Source: Amoebophrya sp. A120 (Eukaryota > Protista > Dinoflagellata). From it: a stretch of 64,000 nucleotides of DNA. The notes beneath the pieces are model-generated. The model did no database searches. It saw only the letters and a list, made by a program, of their open reading frames with translations, and was not told the DNA's origin. The DNA lies in the NCBI GenBank assembly GCA_905178155.1, contig CAJINV010000003.1, positions 11,040,339 through 11,104,338 of the forward strand, in the 5' to 3' direction. The position numbers and the translations under genes were made by a program. How positions within the stretch are numbered: position 1 is the stretch's first letter; each line of letters begins with the position of its first letter. Positions 24,501 through 37,015 of this stretch are shown piece by piece.

Positions 24501-27500
24501 GTGCCCAGGAGGTCAATGGGGAGTTCTCTTTCCGCCGCTTCCTCGACGCGCACGACTTCAAAATTGGCCGCTTCGATTGCATCGCAGCGCTTGTGAAGAT
24601 GGGGCAACTGGCGAATGATTTGATATCCACTATTCTTCCCAAGGTGATCGAGAGTAAAATGAAACAAGAAGAGGCCCGCGCGGGAAATGCAACCTCTGCA
24701 GCTGGTGGGGATGTAGTTGATATAATAAGTGCTGTAACGGAGGGGACAAAATCGAATAATGGCAGCCAACCGCAAACCCGCGCACTTGCAGAAGACAAAC
24801 TGACCGTCACTCCTGCCGCTATGTCGACTGATGTTGAAGGGAAAGAAATGATGAAGAGCGAAAATAGTTTGGGAACAAAAAATGTTGCAAAAACACCTAC
24901 CGTGAAAACAGATGATGTTGAAGACGAGGAGAATGATCCGTACTACTGCAGGGAGCTGCAGACGCCTGGCTTTTCGGAGGTTTTTGGGCGGCACCGAATC
25001 AGTTTTCGGAACCACTTGCTCTTCGATGCCACCGTGCAACTGAACAGCGACTTTCAGCCGAATGGGGTGCAGCGTTGGTTCCAGGGGAAAGCAGGCAATG
25101 ACTCGTGGACCATCGCACTGCCCCTCGCAATCCCCGACGAACACAAAGCCGCGGAGGCAGCTCCTCCTACATCAACTGTAGTGGATCTGGAACAACATCA
25201 TGATCAGAGCGATACTAGCGATAAGAGCAAGCGCCCTGGAGGGAGCAAGGTGGTGGACACGTACCAACTGGCCTCCGCGGCCGTTCTCCAGGAACTCTCC
25301 AACGGCACGCTGCTGAGTCCTTCGCACGAAAAAAGCTGGGAACACCGCCACCCCGACTTTCTCCCGTTGGTGAAGGCCTACCGCCACTCCCACGACGGGG
25401 TGATGAAGTTTTCGCAGGCGCAGTTAGACCTAAACCAGGCCCCCGTGGACCACGCGGCGGCACAGGCGGTGTTGCAACAGCACCGCGCGAAACCAGATAT
25501 GTGGAGTGCCTACAGTCGCAAAATGGTACGGCCGCGGCTCGGGACGCACATGTTCCTGCAGCGCCAGAGCTGCGAAAGCTTGGTACGCAGAGGCCTAGCG
25601 CAGTGGAACACGCGCTACGGTGACAGTGTGGATTGGTTCAGGCCAGACACCATGGAGGCTAGCCTCGACGAGAAAACTCAGCCCAAATTCGTGCTAGAGC
25701 AGTTTCTCACGCGGAAAAATCGTGTGTGGAACGCAACACGGTATCACAACCTTGCCACAGCCCAAGAAGATGCTGAGCACAAAAGCAGGACCGCAACCAC
25801 ATCGACCGCGACAGGCGCGGCCGCAGCAGCTCCAGAAGCAGCAGTTGAACCACTTAAGGCAAAAATCGTTGACCCGCCAGAAAAATTTTCTTCCTCTCTC
25901 AGTGCCTTCGTGCAGGAGAAGCTGGGCGAGGCGGTTGAGTACCTGGTGTCAAAGTACTGTGATACAGCGCCGATATGGTGGGAGCCGGGTTCTGCAACAG
26001 TTCTGCGACACGACACGCAACACGTCTGGACACAGATGCAGAATTATCTCAAAAAGCACTTGGACGAAAGGTTCGTCACCAGCACTTCTACTGCCAAGAC
26101 AGGAGCAGGGAAGCAGCTGGAAAACGTTGAGGACCCAGACGACGCCGAGGGCGAGAGAGAAGCGGAGTCGCTCATTGCGGAAGCATATGGATTGCAAACA
26201 GATGTATGGTGGGTCTGGTTGGTCGAGAAAAAAGCAGACTCACGTTTATCATGCATTTTTTGTAGAAGTTGAATGACTGGAATGCACATAAATTAAAGCG
26301 TGATGACAATTAGATATGCGAAGCAGGCTTTGCCTTGCCTCGGTGAGAGATGCCCTCTCTGGGATTCGAAAACGCGACAGATGCTGTTGAATTTGCGTCG
26401 AGAGCAGGACAGATTTTTGTCTGCTCCAGACTCAGCATCGCAAGGTGCAACGACATTCCAGACCCCGACACATCTGCAATGTGTCTATAAAGCGAACGCG
26501 GAAGGCAGAGCGTTCGATTCGTCGTCCTCTGGAGGGCCGGCTGATGTTTCGCTTTCACCACACGCGCTCGATCACCACGTAGAGGCCAAGGCTTTCGCGC
26601 GCAGGAGGATTTCTGCCGCTACAGCAACTGCTGTTTCTGCTTCCTCCTCCTCTTCCTCGACAACTGGCCTACATGAGCAATCGGAGCAAAACGAGGACGG
26701 CATCCGTCTGACGCGCCGTGCGGAGGAAGGTGAATCTGGTACGAGGCGACGGGTGAACGAAATCGTCGGGTTTCATGCCGAAAACCTGCCGCTGGGGAAC
26801 TACGATCGGACGCTGCAGAGCTGGGTGGACGACTTTCGCTACGAACTTGCTTGTCCCATGCTGGACTGGAGCGACTGGAACTTGACGCGGTGGCACCCCG
26901 TGGCGCTATCCACCGCAAATAAGTATGTAGTTCGGGCCTGGTGTCACGCATCTTGAGGATGAATCCACATAGATGGTCATAGTCTGCAAGGAAAACAAGG
27001 GGCCGCAAAGCAGTAGAGGTTTTGCCCATACCTATCTCCTCGAATGAGACATTCTGCGTCCTGCAGATCAATTGACACCAGCATCGCAAGTTTGCATGTA
27101 CCACCCACCAAATCCAGCACGTCATTTGTGGTGGATAGGCGCATCATCAGTACAACTGCAGCGCGCTGTCCGAACCCGAGCACGTGTACGTGCACCGCAT
27201 GCTATGCGTCGAAAAACAAGTATCGTACATCGTAGGCGTATTAGAAATCGCATTTAGATTTAGAAAAGTCTGGTCGGAAAATGAAACTTGTCTGCCATGC
27301 TCATGCTGCATCACGTAGAACAGGAAAGGACCACCTCGACCTGTCAACCTGCAGAAGTATATGCGATTCATACGACCACGATATCGGTCTGCAGAGGATA
27401 CCTGGTTTCCTTCACCGATTCGGTGCAAGCGGGCGTGCCGGGCATGGAGCACATGGACTTACACATGGAGGACCGCGTGCTTGCCTTCATGTTGCTCTCC

Positions 27501-30500
27501 CACCGCAGCGCCCCGGCGGGCCTGGGGTACGGGCGCGAGTTGAACCTGCAGGCTTTTGGGCAGCTGTATGCTAGTCAAAATCTCGGGCCGCCCCCGCTGG
27601 GCCCCGCGACGCCATTCGACGACTACTTTTTCATGTACAACCACACGCTGCTGTGTAAGCCCTACGACCGCGACGTGGCCTACACCTGGAACCGCGGCAC
27701 CGCGGTGGTGAAGCAGCAGCAGCAGGGTTTTCTCCTCGAGAACACACTGCCGGAGCGGGTGCGGCACCTGCAGCGAACGGTCGCATACAAGTTGACGGAT
27801 CACCAGCTGCTGCGCGCGAGCGGCATCCACAACCGGTCGCGCGAGTACCTGCTCGACTTCTACGATCCGGCGATAAAACCGAAGGACGGGGTGCACAACT
27901 GGGGCGCCTACGCGCACTATGTCGAGATGCCGCGCACCACGCTCACGCGCACCTATCCTCGATGCAAAAATTGCATCCCCTTCGCACTTACTCGTATACT
28001 ACAAGAACACGTACAAACATGCCAGGCTGGCATGACGTTGTGTACAGATCTGCTTGTACTTCTTTCTCTTTGCCTGCATCTGCGACGTGAAGACGAGTTT
28101 CATTTTTCCTTTTGCTGGCCGACTTTGAATTTCAAGTTCCCTTCTGCTCCCATGCGATTTCTACAACGAGAGGTACGATAGTTTTGGAATGCATAGCACA
28201 GGGGCACGGACGAAGACCAACCAAGTCAGCGTGATCTCTGCGCCGTACGGCGAGGAACCTTTAGCGGTCTCCACCATGGTTCTGTCGCGGCGCCTGGCCC
28301 GCTATTTTGGGCAGCAAGACCCCGGCGAGCCACACCCAGACGACCTCTATACCGACGGCATGCGTCACCGCGACAACGCGCGTGGATTAGACATCCAGCA
28401 CCAGCGCCGCTTCCTCCAACTAGTGACCCACTTCCCAAACCTGACCCGGGAAGATCTGCTATCCTGTGCAAAAGTATTGTATCGCAATTGGTCGTCGAAG
28501 TCGATGTAGCTGCAATGAATCGGAACACTCGTCCGTGACAAATCCCATTCCGAAGCAGGTTCGCGTGAGGACAGACCCTATTTGTATTTTCCAAACACTC
28601 GTGCGAAGATATAATACCTTCTGTCATGCAAATCTACATAGTGCGATATTAGAAGACAAGACATAGAATACTTTTGCACTGCATACCTGTCACACCTCGA
28701 CGATGCTCAAGCATCAGAGGAAAATCACAAAAGTCTTCACGCTCTAGACAACGTATTTGGAGCTGCATATGCCCCAGCAGCTTCCGCGGTGTCAGAAAAA
28801 ACATTAGATGGTGACGCTCATGTATCACCTTCAACATTTGGATCTGGTTCATCCGTCGAATTATCAGCTCGTCTCCGGCAAGCCGCAGCTGCGACCACTG
28901 CCGCGCCAGAGATTATGCGAGACGCCTGGAATCCAAAGCTTCTGCAAAGAGGAGCGAAAAGCAACTACGGGTCAAAGCAAGAGCAGCTAGGTGGGAGCAT
29001 TAACCACGCAGTACCAAGAAAAGGACCTAGCCCCAGCGCTAGTGGGGCAGACGAGCATCTTCAAACTGGCGCCAATGGTACCTTCCCTACAAGAACACTG
29101 GTAACGCTGAATGAGACTCTTTCCTCATTCGAAGCGAATCTAGACCCGGTCATCGACTATGATGAGTATGCGGACCGAAATTTTCGTCGGGCACACCGTT
29201 TCGCAGAAGAGCTCGCGGTCGCAAAGGTGGCTGCGCAAGAGCCGCGGCCAGAAGAAGAAACCCCAAAGACAGCAAGTGGAAGTGACACCAAGGCTAAAAA
29301 CAGGCTGCAGGCAGCTGCACTAGAGGACGAGATGCACACACTTCATCCGCTATCGCAAGAAAAAAGTGTTACAGTTGCACTCTGTGTTGCAAGACCGGCA
29401 ACACAGACAACCTTTCTCATGCAGAAAATGCTTGGGAGCCTCGTTTCCTTCCTGTTTTCCCTTGTTATGATCTTCGCATTACAAGTTTTCTTTGCCACAC
29501 ACAGAAAATTTGTGATGCAGAAACTCCAACAAGTGTGTAACTGTAACACTTTTTTCTCGTGATATCCGCTGTATCCGAAATACTATGCGCAGATGAAGGA
29601 AGCCTACGAGAGCCAGGAATCTGGACACCTCGATGTGGCGCACATCCCGTCCAACTTGCAATTGTCAATACTGGAGGAGCTCAACAAAGAGCGCGAGGCG
29701 GATCCAGGACATGATGAAACCCAAACACAAGAAACGGAAACAGGGCAGAGCGGCGATCCGAAGTATCAGCTATTCAAGTCGCGCACACCCCGCAAGCGCT
29801 ATGGAAGAGTCAGGCTCGTCGCCATCGACAGGGAGTTGAGCCTGAGCCGATGTCTAATGCATAAAATTCCTACCAGATGATGACCCCTTGATTATAATTT
29901 TTGAGCGACGCATCACAATTTTTCAACACCTTCTACTAAAGCCAGTGAGTCATAGTTTGTGGTGCAAAAAGGGGTGCCCACCCAGATACTTAAGCTCTCG
30001 AGTAGCCCCATTGAGTCTATAGCATTGCCGCGTTTTATCAGGCTAGGAGTCGGTCTCATTATTTGAATTTGCCTTCTTTGCAACAAGATAAGCACTCTGA
30101 TGCGCCCCGCATTTTATGCATGATCATAAATCGTTTCAGGTTCAACTTTGACTTGGTCGATTTCGTCGAGCTTGACGCGTTCATAAACGTGTGTGCGCGG
30201 GTATTGAGTATTTTTCCGAACTTCCCTTCGGGTACAGCACGATCGACTTCTGGGAACCGGAGGCGAAGTATCAGCACGCACAACTTCCGCCCGTGCCCCT
30301 CACTTGTCTTTTTTATGCCGAATTCCAAATTCAGTTGCTGCCCAGTGGACCTGTCGCACTGTTTGCATAGGCATACTTGTACAAAATCTGGAAGCCCAAA
30401 CAATTATATCGCACTCGGCACATGGAGACATCCTCATGCTCGATTCCCGCGCCGCGGTGGCGGTGCTGGTGTTTGTAAATATATTGCCGTTCTTCAATCA

Positions 30501-30906
30501 TGCCATAGCCATACTTACGAGTGAAGGTAAGGGGGAGTAGTAAGTTGCGCACTCTCATACGAAGCAGCAGCATGCCCGGGATCCTGGCCAGAAGGACTGT
30601 CTCTCCTGTTGGTTACGGGGCCCGAAGTACTCGCAAAACACGGGGTGGATGTGCTGGAAAGCCAAGGGCATGAAGGTGAAAGACCCAAGCCGCTGCTGCG
30701 GGCGGCTGGAAACGCCGTTCTTGCACGCCAACCTTTGGACCCACTACCCGCGCACAGATTGTTTGCTGGCGGAGCATTTGTGCTCCGATTTTCTCTTTGG
30801 CATGTGGCGCCGGAGCCTGAAAACGGGATTACCCAACGTGCAAGAGGCGCAGCGGCCCGACCGCCGGGAGTACGCGGATACGCCACTTAGCAATCTGATC
30901 TACTGA
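21586..30906 (+). CDS. Very large multi-exon type II membrane protein, glycosyltransferase-like; at least 10 IR introns; start uncertain (ORF open from 20830) and structure beyond about 29850 unresolved
   Basis: TM segment YYLSAATVSLVLMLLLIAC; motif YDWFAYTRNDVFWAYPHPPP...IWIPACFDYAGINDRLY resembles uncharacterised algal GT-like proteins. Removing each IR element plus 3 nt keeps the frame open from 21586 to about 29850, except for one unresolved short intron near 26243-26310. Confidence 0.65.
22458..22724. mobile_element. IR intron, family B, inverted relative to the 18944 copy, 267 bp
   Basis: GTATGAATTGCAAAAATGTCTGGGTCTGGAA / TTCCAGACCCAGACATTTTTACAGTTGATAT; TSD CGT; interior is the reverse complement of the 18944 interior. 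Confidence 0.9.
22807..22960. mobile_element. IR intron, family A, inverted relative to the 24126 copy, 154 bp
   Basis: CTATGCAATGCAAAAGTATCGTAC / GTACGATACTTTTGCACAGCATAA; flanks CAG/CAA. Confidence 0.9.
23027..23422. mobile_element. IR intron, 396 bp
   Basis: ATATCCCACAGGAAAGCACACCCATC / GATGGGCGTGCTTTTTTTGGGCATAC; TSD CTG; frame restored (GKHL-KALD). Confidence 0.85.
23483..23795. mobile_element. Degenerate IR intron, 313 bp
   Basis: CTATCCTGAGTGAAAATGTCACC / GGCGACGCCTTTGCACGGGATCT; TSD TCT; frame restored (NDFS-LEWF). Confidence 0.7.
24126..24274. mobile_element. IR intron, family A, 149 bp
   Basis: CTATCCTGTGCAAAACTATCGTAC / GTACGCTACTTTTGCACAGCATAC; TSD CTG; joins ORFs 23850 and 24221 (YTIRL-RPGG). 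Confidence 0.92.
26906..27138. mobile_element. IR intron, 233 bp
   Basis: CTATCCACCGCAAAT / ATTTGTGGTGGATAG; TSD GCG. Confidence 0.88.
27202..27401. mobile_element. Degenerate IR intron, about 200 bp
   Basis: CTATGC..TATCGTACATCGTA / TACGACCACGATA..GAGGATAC; flanks ATG/CTG; an alternative in-frame end at 27302 is possible. Confidence 0.6.
27953..28196. mobile_element. IR intron, family A-like, 244 bp
   Basis: CTATCCTCGATGCAAAAAT / ATAGTTTTGGAATGCATAG; TSD CAC; joins LTRT-GARTK. Confidence 0.8.
28459..28686. mobile_element. IR intron with family A termini, 228 bp
   Basis: CTATCCTGTGCAAAAGTATTGTAT / ATAGAATACTTTTGCACTGCATAC; TSD CTG. Confidence 0.9.
29350..29565. mobile_element. IR intron, 216 bp
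   Basis: CTATCGCAAGAAAAAAGTGTTACAGTTGCAC / GTGTAACTGTAACACTTTTTTCTCGTGATAT; TSD CCG; joins LHP-LYPKYYAQMKE. Confidence 0.9.
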
Positions 30907-33089
30907 AGATGAAGAAATGGAGTAGCTGCAAGACTATACTACCGCTAATGCATTTTTACAGAAGTAGAAACACCAGGAGGAGGCTGCTCCTACGTCTTTT
31001 CGAACATTTTTCTTACTGATCCATCCCATCAAGATCAACAAAGTTTCAATATGGACGAAAATCTGCATCGAAGGCATCTTGCGCATTCATTTTCGAGAGA
31101 ATAAGGAAATATTGCACGAAAAGCGAGCGTAATGTAAATCTCTGAATTCCTTGTACAACGAAAGATACGGGGTATTAGTATTTCTACTACTATTAGGCGT
31201 ATTATTCTTCTACACCATATATTACCCTTACTGGGTAACATCATCATCGTCATCAAATCTCCATCTCGGGAAGCTAACATTTGACCTTTTCTTTTGTTTT
31301 GTCTGCGTGAGGTGATGGATGAACAAGACGCGCAGACGACCACGTACGTTGTGCCTGTGTAAGTAATGCGATAGCACGACTGGACGTGGATGTGATGGAT
31401 GTATCTACATGAAGACCAGCAAAGAACGTAGAGGTTTTCGCTTTCTCTCTCAGAGAGCTACACTGAGTGAACAAAGGTGAGTGAAAGAACTCCTTTGAGT
31501 CCCGTGCGCCAAGCAATCTCTGCCACGGTAACTTTCAGCACCCACGCCTTAGCCTTTCTCTGTGCGTTATTGACCGGCGCCCGCCTGAAGGTGATGGAAG
31601 ATAGGAAGTCCAAACAGCAGAGTCGTGACAACGAGAGCCATTGCGCACTTGAAGAAAATACGGCTGCTATGCAAGTTTTTTCATTTCAAGCGGGCTCATA
31701 TTTGGTGAACAGGGGATCGCGACAGTGGCGAGTAGGTGGTAGGTAGCTAAGTGCGTGTCATAAAGCTCAAGGCTGTTTGGCCTGGCGGCGTCTTTGCATC
31801 ATCTTCAGACAGAGGAACGATAACGCAAGAGGACGTAGACACAGACACTGAATGCAACAGATAAAAATCGAGGGATCGTGCGGCCGGTCATGCGTCTGGA
31901 AAAAGGAGGCACATGCTTCGGGTTCACGTTGCTGCGACTCTGCGGCGCCCATGAAGACAGACAGGAAAGATCAAAGGAGGTAACGAACGCGCAGCCTTCA
32001 CGATCTTGACGGTAGTACTCCTTACGTCGATCACGTTTTTACAGGACCTCCAGAAGCAGGCCTTGCTGCCGGCCGCGCCGCCTCGTCTCTTCTGGACTTG
32101 CACAGTGATTTTTTCTAGTGGATTCAGATTCTCCCGCTGTTCCAGAAGAAGCCGGAGAAAAAATAGTAAAGGCACAGAATAAAGAAGTATGATTGCTGCT
32201 AGGACTAGGAGACCGATTGTAGCACCAGCCAGGAGTTCATCTGCTGCTCTAGTCTGTCTGTTCTACCACTCCTCCGATTTCAGCACGGCTGACGCCGAAG
32301 AATTACAGCGACATGGAGCAACGTCTTCTGTTGTGCCGTCGGGCTTTGCGAAAACGGAGAAAACAGACCTCCCCTACCTGACCTCGTCGTGGGAAGCTAC
32401 ATCGTAAGAGCCAGAGCGTTGTGCTTTGTTCACTATTCTATCGTGTTGATTGTTAAGTTAAAAACTGAAAGTAACTAGTTTTTTTTCTTCTTGTTCGTAT
32501 GTAAGCGGATCCGTCGATGTACATCATGCGCGCCGCGTCTGGGTGAGCTGGTCAGCGGCCGCCCCGACGCTTTCTACTAGGGAGAGTAATCGACGTGTAA
32601 GTCTCGGATTTCACGATGTGTATAATTTGGAAATGATCAGTTTTGTATGCAAAAGGAAGAAGCAGCACGAGCACGACGACTAGCAGTGATCAGAAACAAA
32701 GTAGAGACGAAGAATGAATAAGAACCCACAGGCACTTTCTCAGTACGTAGAAAATGAAAAGCAAGCGGATAAATGAATTGTTGCAGAAGTCGTCGAAGGC
32801 AAAAATAGGCAGATGCAGCCGGATGACTTCTTTTTAGAAGTGCAAAGCCAACTGCTCCATGCTTGATGTACAAGAACAAACTCAAACAACATGATGAGCA
32901 AGAGGCAAGAACTCATAACAATCCCATTCGACAATCAGATCGCATCGAGCTCGCAGCTTTGCCCGACTTCTCGCACTTACAGACCTTGTGTAGCTCGCAC
33001 CTCGTGCTACATCTCGACTCGAATCCACTTCGCATGAGGATTTATTTCGCGATCGCTACTAATATTCGATTTCCATAAAGAGTAAATCT

Positions 33090-33916
33090 GGCTCAAGGAA
33101 GAGCCATTTTGGCTCAAGGAAGAGCCCCCCGGTAGCGCTAGTCTCACATGGGTGCACACATAAGGACGTTGACGAAGAAACACACACACACACACGCAAA
33201 AACACGTCGGCCAAAAACAAAAATAAAATGCGTCCTGCACAAACTGCCCTCACTCACTCACCGGGTGGATGCGCCGCCGAGGTCCGCAGATAGCTTATTG
33301 AGAAAAAGAATAAGACTAGTAATAGCTTAGTAAGAAAGAAAAAGATAGAAGTCGCAAAAACTACTACTAATGTTTTTGTGCTAGAATAGCCGCGCCGCTG
33401 AACAACGGGAGACGGCCTGTCCGGTGAGTGAGTACGCCGCCAACTGCTCGCCGGGGCGCTGCGTGGAAGGGCAGCGTCGCCGCAAGTCGAGCCGGGGAAC
33501 TAGTTTGCTTTCGACTGCCTTTTATTTTTTTTTATGTTCCCCGTCATCTCAATTCCCCCTTAACTTGCCGCCTTACTCTTCACGGACATCTCGTGGATGA
33601 CATCAGCGCGTAGAACGGTTCGAACCAGCCTCGGGCTACAAGGCGACAGGTAAACCATCCCTACGCCCTCCGGTTTGACCTTGACGAAACTGACTACCAA
33701 ACACTCTGGGGATTTCTATCAGCAACAGCATTGCCGACACCTAGGGCCACGCCACCGCGCCTTCCGAGGGTAGATCAGACGGACCACAGAAGGGCGCTGC
33801 GAGGTGGCAACGACATCACTGAAGCGGGAGAGCGGATACAAGGCCTTCGCTCAACTGTGTGGCGTGCGTTGTTTACTAGTCCTAGTTTCATCGAAAATAG
33901 GTTATCTCTCTCTCTC
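33090..33916 (+). mobile_element. Spliced-leader-headed retroposed element, non-coding, 827 bp
   Basis: 18-bp TSD TCCATAAAGAGTAAATCT at 33072-33089 and 33917-33934; 5' end GGCTCAAGGAAGAGCCATTTTGGCTCAAGGAAGAGCC; 3' (TC)n tail. Confidence 0.85.
33102..33118 (+). other. Relict dinoflagellate spliced leader (DinoSL)
   Basis: AGCCATTTTGGCTCAAG matches the 3' 17 nt of DCCGTAGCCATTTTGGCTCAAG; a second partial copy TGGCTCAAG at 33089-33097. Confidence 0.85.
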
Positions 33917-34608
33917 TCCATAAAGAGTAAATCTAAATACGTGTACGGCATAAATATCTTCCATAATCGGGGTCGTTCCGGACTAGTAGCACGTCACTTT
34001 TGCAATCTGAAGGGAGAATAGCAGCCACGAAACGACCGATTACCATTACGAATGATCATTGATACTTTTATTCGCTCCGAAAACACAAATACAGTATTCC
34101 TGTTGAAGAGCTGCAGCCAAGCGGTAGCGTGGGCGGTACTGCACCAGACGCATCAACCCTTTGTGCGAGGGTCTGTGATGGTCGCGACCGCTGTACCGCA
34201 TTCGTTCTCTTCGAAGAAAAAAAGCAATGCACCTTTCGATCACAGCCTCTCTCGACTATTCACCAGGGTACAGGAATATTTTTGATCACGACAGAATCAG
34301 TGGCTCTACTTTTTATTCAAGCAACCACCTATGTAGGTTTTTACTGTGTCTCGGCTTGACGAAGTGCGTTTGTGATAGCATGATTAAGAGTCGCCATCCA
34401 CCAGCGGAATATATATTGTCGCAGCTCTCTTCTGGTTGACTACATCTGCAGTGAAACGCTTCGATGAATTAGATTTGGATCTGGGGGAGCGACATTTGCT
34501 ATACCATGAAAATTCGATAAATTTTTGTCTCCAACATAATATTACACATACTCTCATGTTGTCATCCTACTAGCCTCGCTTCCGTCATCTCTCGGAGCTA
34601 CGCTTTTT

Positions 34609-35082
34609 GTGAGGACCGCAGGACGAGACGCCGGCGTTGAAAATACGGGGCAAATACCCCTTGATCTCTCGGCGTCGCTTCAGCAAGTTGAATCGGCACC
34701 ATCCGCCGGTGGTGAACTTCCTGCCTCGGAGGAAGAGGGCGTAGCGCAGCGCACAAGCGTTGGGAGCCTTGGGAAAAATCCTGGCAAACGTGCCGGTGCT
34801 GAGCACGAACAAGAAGTAGAAACGCAGCGGTCGTCTGCAGACGGAGTAGACCAGCAAGAAAAACCTCCTGAACAAGACCTCGTTTACCTGTTGGCGCAAT
34901 TGACGCTCGCGCATAAGATCCCTGCAAGCGACCCAATCGCCATGAAGCTCCTACACACAATAAGGCAGAGTGGCACAACGGGGGCTGCCGCAGCGACTAC
35001 CGATGTCGGTTGGTTTGGATGGCTGTTTCACAGCATCTTCAGCCTCTCGCAGACCCTGATCCTCATCCTGGGGCTTATCGGT
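34609..35082 (+). CDS. Probable exon of a hypothetical membrane protein
   Basis: Coding-like ORF ending in the hydrophobic stretch WFGWLFHSIFSLSQTLILILGLIG followed by GT; start and other exons not found. Confidence 0.35.
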
Positions 35083-37015
35083 ACTTCTCAAGTTATTTGC
35101 AGCTGCTACTTTTTACCTCTTTGTCTACATATTTATCACCTTTACCTCTTGATGTTGATGTTCCAGTTCAGCAGTACATCTCTTATTTCTGACCCACGAC
35201 AGATCGTGAACTTCTACTGCTATGCTTTTGTAGTATTGATGTCGACTGTCGCTTTGGCGTCATACATTAGTCCTCTTAGTACAACTACAACCATTTGTCA
35301 TGCAATTCTTCAATTCCATATAAACACTATACACACATACCGCGTCCGACCACTGTGATCTACTCAAGCTTCATTGATGTTTTTGTTTGCTTTATTTGCA
35401 TTGCAATAAACTGTAAACACACATACCACAGTCGTCGCCCTGATAGTATGGAGGCAATGTGGTGAGAGCCTGCAGAATTTCTGGAATTACAAAGTCCTTG
35501 CGTCCTTCGGTATCCGAAAGCAGCCGGCATACAGTCCGCAGGAGCTTGCAGCCATGTGGGACGACGACGACGGCCTCTAGCGGCATTTTTATTTTCCTTT
35601 GGTTTTTCTCCTGGAGTGCGTGTGCATGTGCACGGACGAATAAGCAGCAAATGGAAGTAGACAAAATCAAAAAGTAGATCTGGCGCGGATTACTGTGGTT
35701 CCTGTGGACACATCAGCGAAGACCTTCTTCAACAACAGAAGAGCATCGCCGCAGCCAACAACTATCTATATCGTAGTTGTGGTGATCGCGTGGATTGTTC
35801 TGTTCATCATGATGTCGTCGCTGCTTAATGGCGGGTACCCGGATCGTAGATCTGCGAGAGCGGACGGAGTTTCGTGGATGTGGTGCCCACATTAGCACTA
35901 TCGTCACTTCCTCGCCGGCATTATGGTATCACGTACAACGAGAACAAGTACCAGGACCACACTAGCTGCGAAGCATTGGCCCCAAGTAACACGTTCCACT
36001 TCCACAATCATGACCGGTCTTGGCCGCGCCGGTAGTTGCTACTTAGCGTTGGGCTTATGTGCTCCGTCCGCTTCTTCCTCCTCGCGCTCGATTTTGGGCG
36101 CTTGTAATTCACCACCCCCTGCCCTATTTGTATTTCTTGATATTGTACAGACAGCTGCATTTTTAACTACACCTATAAACCACGAAGAGAAAGGAACGCC
36201 CGAGGGTGCGCATGCATTACGCGCAACTTCTGACAGGCCGCACACAGAACCAGGCAAAGAACACCAACACCTCACTTGTGCAATAGTAGAGATCCAAAGC
36301 GACAGAAGGAGTAGCAGAAGCAAGCAGGACCAGATGATCTTCGTTGATGCAATAAACGAGAATATAGATCTGAAGGTGGTCATCAAGTTCATGCTAGTGC
36401 TAGTAACACGCGTACTCCTGACGAATTTGCCTTTTGTGAAATGAAACGAAAGCACAAAAATGAAGCATCAAACAAACACGGAGAGGCTCCCCGTGCTTCT
36501 GCGCGGCCAGGCGGCCCGCTTTGCATTTATTCTGTCCCGGTGTTCCACAGGCTGAAGATGACCCCTCGTGTCTTTATTCTCTTTTGTAGTGTGATTGATT
36601 GAAGAGTGAAGCAAGTACCAAGACGCTGAGTACTGGGCAATTATGAGCATGAGAGTAATGACTAAGGCGAAACAAGCAATGTAGATCCAGGCAGCTGTAT
36701 TGCGTCCTACAGTGTTCTTTGTGCTACGATCGAACCGGAACTTCAACAGGAGAAGCAGCTTGATGATAAAAAGCTAAAGCGCACCACCACCACGCAGTAC
36801 GCATTTTTAATTTAAACGACGGAAGACTATGTACAGTCCTTAATTGAATGCGGGGGCAAAAATTCTTTTTCCAAGGATGATCGATGGCTTGGCCATCGAC
36901 CACGACGGGCTGAAGCTGTAAGATCAACAACGCAGCGCCCTATCCACCCGTCGTCCCCTGCTTCGGTCGGTTGCTGGTCTTTGCTGCAGAACCAGGAGCA
37001 GATAATATCGTCAAG

